From contig JBQTHV010000014.1 of the NCBI GenBank assembly GCA_052389555.1, positions 1,427-65,426 on the forward strand: a stretch of DNA of 64,000 nucleotides, read 5' to 3'. Made by a program: the position numbers and the translations under genes. This DNA is from Gemmatimonadales bacterium. Lineage in GTDB: Bacteria > Gemmatimonadota > Gemmatimonadetes > Gemmatimonadales > GWC2-71-9. Under the pieces are notes generated by a model that saw only the letters and a list, made by a program, of their open reading frames with translations, was not told where the DNA came from and made no database searches. Below, piece after piece: positions 58,885 to 64,000 of the stretch (the stretch's first letter is position 1; every line of letters begins with the position of its first letter).

Positions 58885-59769
58885 GTGGCACTGAAACCCC
58901 TTCAGGTCGGCGCTGGCGGCAAAGGTGGCGCCTCGGATCCAGCCGAGGAGGGGTCGCTCGACCTGTACCTTCGGGAAATCTCCAAATATCCGCTCATTCC
59001 GCAGGAAGAAGAGATCAATCTGGCCAAACGAATCCGGGCCGGGGATCAGGAGGCGCTCGACAAGCTGGTGCGGAGCAACCTCCGCTTCGTGGTCTCGGTG
59101 GCGAAGAAGTATCAGAACCAGGGTGTTTCGCTTGCCGATCTGATCAATGAAGGCAACCTTGGCTTGATCCGCGCCGCCCACAAGTTCGACGAGACCAAGG
59201 GAACCAAGTTCATCTCGTATGCGGTCTGGTGGATCCGACAGGCGATTCTTCAGGCCCTGGCGGAACAGAGCCGGATCGTTCGGGTCCCGCTCAATCGCGC
59301 CGGCACCTTGCACCGGATCACCCGCCGGTCATCCGTGCTGCTTCAGGAGCTGGGCCGGGAGCCCACTCCTGCCGAGATTGCGGAGGGGATGGATCTGGAC
59401 ATGGAGGAGGTCGAGAAGACGCTCTCGATCTCCCAGAACCATGTGTCCCTCGATGCACCGCTCGCCCCCGGCGAAGACAACCGGCTGCTGGACTATCTCC
59501 CCGACAATCAGAACCCCGGTCCCGACGCGGAGACGTTTGAAAACGCGCTCAACCAGTGCATCGAGACGGTTCTCAAGGATCTCAAGGAGCGCGAGGCGAC
59601 CATCCTCCGGCTGTACTTCGGGCTCGACAGTCCGGAGCCCATGACCCTGGAGGAAATCGGCGCGAAGCTGGGGATCACCCGTGAGCGGGTGCGTCAGATC
59701 AAAGAGAAAGCGCTGTCGCGGCTTCGCCACGTAAGCAGCTCGAAGGCCCTCGAATCGTTTCTCTCCTGA
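58885..59769 (+). CDS. Sigma-70 family factor (RpoD/RpoS-like, lacks region 1.1)
   Basis: LYLREI, NLRFVVSVAKKY, DLINEGN.GL, FISYAVWWIRQAI, TLEEIG...TRERVRQI. Confidence 0.95.
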   Translation: MALKPLQVGAGGKGGASDPAEEGSLDLYLREISKYPLIPQEEEINLAKRIRAGDQEALDKLVRSNLRFVVSVAKKYQNQGVSLADLINEGNLGLIRAAHKFDETKGTKFISYAVWWIRQAILQALAEQSRIVRVPLNRAGTLHRITRRSSVLLQELGREPTPAEIAEGMDLDMEEVEKTLSISQNHVSLDAPLAPGEDNRLLDYLPDNQNPGPDAETFENALNQCIETVLKDLKEREATILRLYFGLDSPEPMTLEEIGAKLGITRERVRQIKEKALSRLRHVSSSKALESFLS

Positions 59770-59780
59770 ACATCAGACTG

Positions 59781-60995
59781 TTGGTAGTCCTGGCCGGATT
59801 CGTGGCGGCCTGCGCCCGCCCCGAGCTTCGGCCGGCAAGCCCAGGTGGGCTTGCGCCCGAGGTCCGCGTGGGCATCGTAACGGGTGAGGGCTCACTTACA
59901 CTTGGTGGTGGCGGAGCGCTCACCCTCGCCGCGCCGGAGCGTGGGTGGGCTGGCGCCGTTCCGTCCGGCGTAACGGCGCGTGTCGACGTGCGAGAGGGAC
60001 TGCTGCATCTCGGCACCGAGCCCGGTGAATCGAGGGCTGGTCCTGACCTGATCGTCGCGGGAGAGCGCAGCGAGGTCCCGGTTCGGGTGAACGGCCACGA
60101 TTATCGCGGTGCCGTGTTCCTGCGGGCTGCCGGGAACCGGATGACCGTGATCAACCGGTTGGATTTGGAGGACTATCTGGTCGGCGTCGTCGGGGCCGAG
60201 CTGGGCATCCGCCCCGAGGCCGAATTCTCCGCGCTGCTCGCTCAAGCAGTCACATCGCGCACCCTCGCGCTTCAGCGAATCGCGCGATCTCGCCGTGGCC
60301 AGGTCTACGATCTCCTCGCCAGCGTTTCCGACCAGCTCTATGGTGGTATTGGGCAGGAGACCGAGCTTGCGGCGCGGGCGGTGCGGGAGACCCGCGGACA
60401 GGTATTGGTCCATCAGGGCCAGGTCATCGACGCCTTTTTCCACTCGACCTGCGCTGGGCGTACGGCGGCGGGGACTGAAGTCTTCGCGGCGGCGGATCGC
60501 CCCTATTTGCGCTCGATACGCGATCTCGACGAAGGGGGCCGGCCCTGGTGCGTCATCTCTCCTCGCTATCGCTGGCGGGAAGTCTGGACTGAGGAAAGAT
60601 TGATCAGATCCCTGCGCGAGACGCTTCCCGCCGCAGGGGGGTCCGCTGCGCTCGCCAACGCGGTGCGCGATCTTCGAGTGACCCAACGGACCGAAACCGG
60701 TCGGGTCGCGCGCCTTCTGGTCCGCGGGATCCGGGACTCTCTGATCGTGAGCGGACCGGTCGCGAGGCAGATCCTGCGCCCGCCCCAGGGAGGTTTGCTC
60801 CGGAGCGCGGACTTCACGCTGCAGATTACTCGAAATGGGGAGCGGATCGTCGAGGTCAACGCCGATGGTGCCGGGGCCGGTCATGGGGTCGGCATGTGCC
60901 AGTGGGGCGCGATCGGCCGGGCGCGGGCCGGATTGTCCTATCAGGCCATCCTCGCGGCTTATTTTCCAGGCACCGAATTGTCCCGCTGGTACTGA
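59781..60995 (+). CDS. SpoIID/LytB domain lipoprotein
   Basis: YRG, LEDYL.GVV.AE, AQAV.SRT, FHSTC.G.T, GHGVGMCQWGA. Confidence 0.9.
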   Translation: MVVLAGFVAACARPELRPASPGGLAPEVRVGIVTGEGSLTLGGGGALTLAAPERGWAGAVPSGVTARVDVREGLLHLGTEPGESRAGPDLIVAGERSEVPVRVNGHDYRGAVFLRAAGNRMTVINRLDLEDYLVGVVGAELGIRPEAEFSALLAQAVTSRTLALQRIARSRRGQVYDLLASVSDQLYGGIGQETELAARAVRETRGQVLVHQGQVIDAFFHSTCAGRTAAGTEVFAAADRPYLRSIRDLDEGGRPWCVISPRYRWREVWTEERLIRSLRETLPAAGGSAALANAVRDLRVTQRTETGRVARLLVRGIRDSLIVSGPVARQILRPPQGGLLRSADFTLQITRNGERIVEVNADGAGAGHGVGMCQWGAIGRARAGLSYQAILAAYFPGTELSRWY

Positions 60996-61033
60996 CTCCT
61001 GACCCCTGACCCCCCTTCACGCCGGGGTTCTCC

Positions 61034-62044
61034 ATGGGTGATCCTGTTCGCATCGGACTGATCGGCGCCGGCACCATCGTGCAGGTCGCTCACCTCCCCC
61101 TGCTCAAGAAGCTCAAAGGGGTGGAAGTCGCCGCGATCTGCGATGTGGATCTGCCCAAGGCGCGGGCCCTCGCGGAGCGGTTTCAAATCAAGGATGTCTT
61201 CGACGACATCGAAGATCTCCTTGCGCATGAGCCGGTCGAGGCCATTCTGGTTGCCACGCCGAATCATCTGCACGAGCCTCACGTGATGGCCGGCCTGAGC
61301 GCCGGCTGCCATGTCCTGGTGGAGAAGCCCGGATCGCTGACGGCGGCCGGCGAACAGCGCATTGGCCGCCTCGCCGAGCGCAAAGGCCTGGTCGTCATGG
61401 TCGGGATGACCCACCGGTATCGTCCCGATGCGCAGGCGGTCCGGAGCTTCATTCAGAACGGCGAATTGGGGGAGATCGACTCGGTCCGGGCGAGCTGGCA
61501 CGTTTCGCGTCCGGCTCGCAGTCCGCTCGGCTGGCGGACCCGAAAAGACGAGGCCGGGGGAGGGGCGATGCTCGACCTGGGGCTCACGATGGTCGATCTG
61601 TGCCTCTGGCTCACCGGGAATCCTACTCCGGTCCGGGTGAGCGCCAACCTAACCCGCCCGAAGGGGGAGCGTGGGGTGGAGCACTCGGGAAGCGCGTTCA
61701 TCGTGTGTGAAGAGGGCATTGCGATCCTGGTGGACGTCACCTGGCGCCACATCGGGGAACGGGAGCGGTTTGGCCTGGGAGTACGGGGGAGCAAGGGGAC
61801 GGCCGGCATCAACCCGCTGCACGTGTGGAAGGAGCTCACCGGGGTTCCCCATGACGTGTCTCCAACCGGTACGTTGTCCCGGGAAAGCGCCTTCACGGCT
61901 TCGTTCCGTGCCGAATGGGCCCACTTTCTCACCGCGATCGCGGGCAAGGCGCAAGTGCCCGCGCTGGCCGAGCACATCACCCTGCTCAAAGTGATCGACG
62001 CGATCTACCGCTCCGCGGCGGACGGGCGGGAGGTGGCAGTGTGA
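61034..62044 (+). CDS. Gfo/Idh/MocA oxidoreductase
   Basis: GLIGAG, ATPNHLH, HVLVEKP, AGGGAMLDLG. Confidence 0.92.
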   Translation: MGDPVRIGLIGAGTIVQVAHLPLLKKLKGVEVAAICDVDLPKARALAERFQIKDVFDDIEDLLAHEPVEAILVATPNHLHEPHVMAGLSAGCHVLVEKPGSLTAAGEQRIGRLAERKGLVVMVGMTHRYRPDAQAVRSFIQNGELGEIDSVRASWHVSRPARSPLGWRTRKDEAGGGAMLDLGLTMVDLCLWLTGNPTPVRVSANLTRPKGERGVEHSGSAFIVCEEGIAILVDVTWRHIGERERFGLGVRGSKGTAGINPLHVWKELTGVPHDVSPTGTLSRESAFTASFRAEWAHFLTAIAGKAQVPALAEHITLLKVIDAIYRSAADGREVAV

Positions 62045-63339
62045 AGGTTCCAGCCGTCAGTCGTCAGTCGTCAGCCGTCAGTTTCCTTCTGGTGTTGGGC
62101 CTGGTTAGCGGCGTCACGGCCCAGCCGTCCAGCCGTTCAGCCGCCCAGCCGCCCAGCCGCCGAGCCGCCGAGCCGCCGAGCGCCGAGCGTCCAGCGCCGA
62201 GCCTCGAGCCTGGTAGCGAGCTCACCGTCACCCTCATCACTTACGAGACCGGCGCGAGGATCTACGAGCGATACGGGCACAACGCCATCTGGATTCACGA
62301 CGCCAGCACCGGCACCGACGACCATTACGATTACGGCCGCTTCAGCTTCGAGCAGCCTCACTTCGTGCTGCGATTCGTCGAGGGGCGGATGTGGTACGCG
62401 ATGGGTTACGAATCCAATGTCGCCGGGATGGTGGACCTCTACCTCCGCCAGGGGCGCCGGATCTGGATGCAGGAGCTCAACATCCCGCCCGCGGAGCGGC
62501 TCAAGCTCCGCGAGTTCCTGAACTGGAACTATCGGCCCGAGAATCGCAACTACGCCTACGACTATTACCGCGACAACTGCTCGACCAGGATCCGGGACGC
62601 CCTCGATCGGGCGCTGGGCGGTGCGATTCGCCGGTACGGCGAGGCGCCGTCGGGCTGGACCTGGCGGGACGAGACCCGCCGGCTCAACCAGCATAACCCG
62701 GCGCTCTACACGGCACTCCTGGTGATGCTGGGCGAGCCGGTCGATGCCGAGATGTCGCGCTGGGAGCAGATGTTCCTGCCGGCCCGGCTCCGCGAGGCGC
62801 TCAGTCAGGCGCGGGTAAGACTGCCCGACGGCACCGAGCAGCCCGCGGTACTGGCCGAGCGGCTGGTGGCGGAAGGCGGGCAGTGGCCGGTCCCGGAGCG
62901 GCCGGCTACCTGGCTGCCGTGGTATCTCGTGGCCGGGTTAGGGCTCGGTGGGCTGATGGCGCTGGTGGCCCGGACCCGCGCGTTCGTGCCGGTGGCGGTT
63001 CTCTGGAGCTGGCTGGTCGGCTTGCTGGGGGCGTTCATGCTGTGGGTGTGGGTGTTCAGCTATCACGTGGCGGGCTATCGCAACGAGAATCTCCTGCTGT
63101 TCAACCTGTTCGTGCTGGCGCTCGCGATCGTGCTGCCCGCCGCGGCGCGGGGGCGGCCCTGGGCGGTGGGGCCGGCCCGCTGGCTCGCCGCCGCGGTGGC
63201 GGGGCTCGGCGTGTTAGGACTCTTCGTCACGGCGCTGCCGGCGTTCCCGCAGCACAACCTCGAGGTGTTCGCGCTGGTGCTTCCCGTACACCTGGCCGTG
63301 GGGCTGGGCGTGCGACAGCGAGTAGGAGTTAGCGAGTAG
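62041..63339 (+). CDS. DUF4105 (Lnb-like) membrane protein
   Basis: YGHNAIW, Y.YDYYRDNCSTRIRD, FLP..L; C-terminal TM helices; GTGA overlap. Confidence 0.85.
   Translation: MKVPAVSRQSSAVSFLLVLGLVSGVTAQPSSRSAAQPPSRRAAEPPSAERPAPSLEPGSELTVTLITYETGARIYERYGHNAIWIHDASTGTDDHYDYGRFSFEQPHFVLRFVEGRMWYAMGYESNVAGMVDLYLRQGRRIWMQELNIPPAERLKLREFLNWNYRPENRNYAYDYYRDNCSTRIRDALDRALGGAIRRYGEAPSGWTWRDETRRLNQHNPALYTALLVMLGEPVDAEMSRWEQMFLPARLREALSQARVRLPDGTEQPAVLAERLVAEGGQWPVPERPATWLPWYLVAGLGLGGLMALVARTRAFVPVAVLWSWLVGLLGAFMLWVWVFSYHVAGYRNENLLLFNLFVLALAIVLPAAARGRPWAVGPARWLAAAVAGLGVLGLFVTALPAFPQHNLEVFALVLPVHLAVGLGVRQRVGVSE
62050..62210 (+). repeat. Heptamer (GTCAGYC) and octamer (GCCGAGCC/GYCCAGCC) tracts in signal and linker region
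   Basis: 62050-62082 and 62119-62210. Confidence 0.8.
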
Positions 63340-63383
63340 CGAGTAGTGAGTAGCGAGTAGGAGGTAGTTACCTCCTATTCGCT
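63317..63383. terminator. (GCGAGTA)n array ending in a 15-bp hairpin between convergent genes
   Basis: AGCGAGTAGGAGGTA-gt-TACCTCCTATTCGCT at 63352-63383. Confidence 0.65.
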
Positions 63384-64000
63384 GCCTCCCACGCGCCGCA
63401 AACCTTCCCTGGCCTCGTCGAACGCCGGCAGGATGCGGAGGGCGTCGCGATAGTGCTGCGCTGCCTTGGATCGGTCTCCCCGGTCTTCGAAGAGGAGCCC
63501 GCGGCTGAAGGCGAACAGCGCGTCGGTGGGAACTTCCCGGGTGGGCGGCTCGACAGCCTGGCGGCTCGGCATGAGCGGGGCTCCTTCGGCCAGGCGAACC
63601 GCCACCGACCGTACCATCCGGTAGAGTTCGGACCGGTCGCGCAGCGGGGGATCACTGTGCACCGCCTTGAGGACCTTGCCGGTTTCCACCTCGAGCAACC
63701 GGGCATCGAGGCGAACGTCCCCATAGAGATCGATGAACGAGCCGGTCACCAGGTAACCGGCACCCACCAGCCTGCCGAGGCGTATCGCGGTTTCCTTGTC
63801 GACCCGTTCGGCCGCCGCAAGGCCCTGCTGATCGAGGGTACGCTGGATCTCGGTGCGATCGACCAGCCGCAATTCGGGATTCACCGCGAGCTCGCTGATC
63901 AACATCGCCGCCAGTCCCTTGCGCAGGGCGTCAAAACTCTCCCGCTCCTGGCCGTAGCTCCCACTGTTTTCGAAGGGGAACACCGCCACGGCTGGCCGGT
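63375..64000 (-). CDS. CsgG/FlgO-like domain + TPR protein (5' partial)
   Basis: VAVFPFEN, LVDR.EI...L, A..LGRLVGA.YLV.GS, ARL..VETG; TPR-like C-terminus. Confidence 0.75.
   Translation of the reverse strand, partial: RPAVAVFPFENSGSYGQERESFDALRKGLAAMLISELAVNPELRLVDRTEIQRTLDQQGLAAAERVDKETAIRLGRLVGAGYLVTGSFIDLYGDVRLDARLLEVETGKVLKAVHSDPPLRDRSELYRMVRSVAVRLAEGAPLMPSRQAVEPPTREVPTDALFAFSRGLLFEDRGDRSKAAQHYRDALRILPAFDEAREGLRRVGGSE

Noticed and set aside
8765-62940. CCTAACCC / GGGTTAGG as telomeric (TTAGGG)n sequence or eukaryotic contamination
   Set aside because: Copies are single, never tandem, extend with a fixed CG and lie inside intact bacterial ORFs.
8765-62940. Motif as Chi or KOPS site
   Set aside because: The 30:24 strand split shows no local skew; not fully excluded if the window spans ori or ter.
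1-64000. tRNA, rRNA, integrase, transposase or phage genes
   Set aside because: None recognised by eye.

Overview
High-GC bacterial chromosome segment, probably Gemmatimonadota (inferred from gene content only). The left ~5.6 kb is the decaying end of an integron gene-cassette array. It has six attC sites or half-sites, a VapBC-type toxin-antitoxin cassette, DUF1801, a secreted MTA/SAH nucleosidase-like gene, an ankyrin protein with a long structured leader, and several pseudogenes; no integrase lies in the window. A run of small cassette-like genes without attC follows to ~11.1 kb. The rest is ordinary chromosome: secreted hydrolases, a multicopper oxidase, an ABC exporter, an ECF sigma/anti-sigma pair, comM/yifB, pxpABC, arfB, thpR, an NtrX-like regulator, a sigma-70 factor and SpoIID. 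The most striking signal is sub-genic. The non-palindromic motif (CC)TAACCCG / CGGGTTA(GG) occurs about once per kb on both strands, in several reading frames and through rare codons, and the same word forms the left end of every attC. Two further layers of short tandem repeats are present: 7-mer arrays, often as hairpins, and GCCGAGCC/GTCCAGCC 8-mer tracts. They occupy gene junctions, signal peptides and protein linkers. All counts are by eye; no searches were run.
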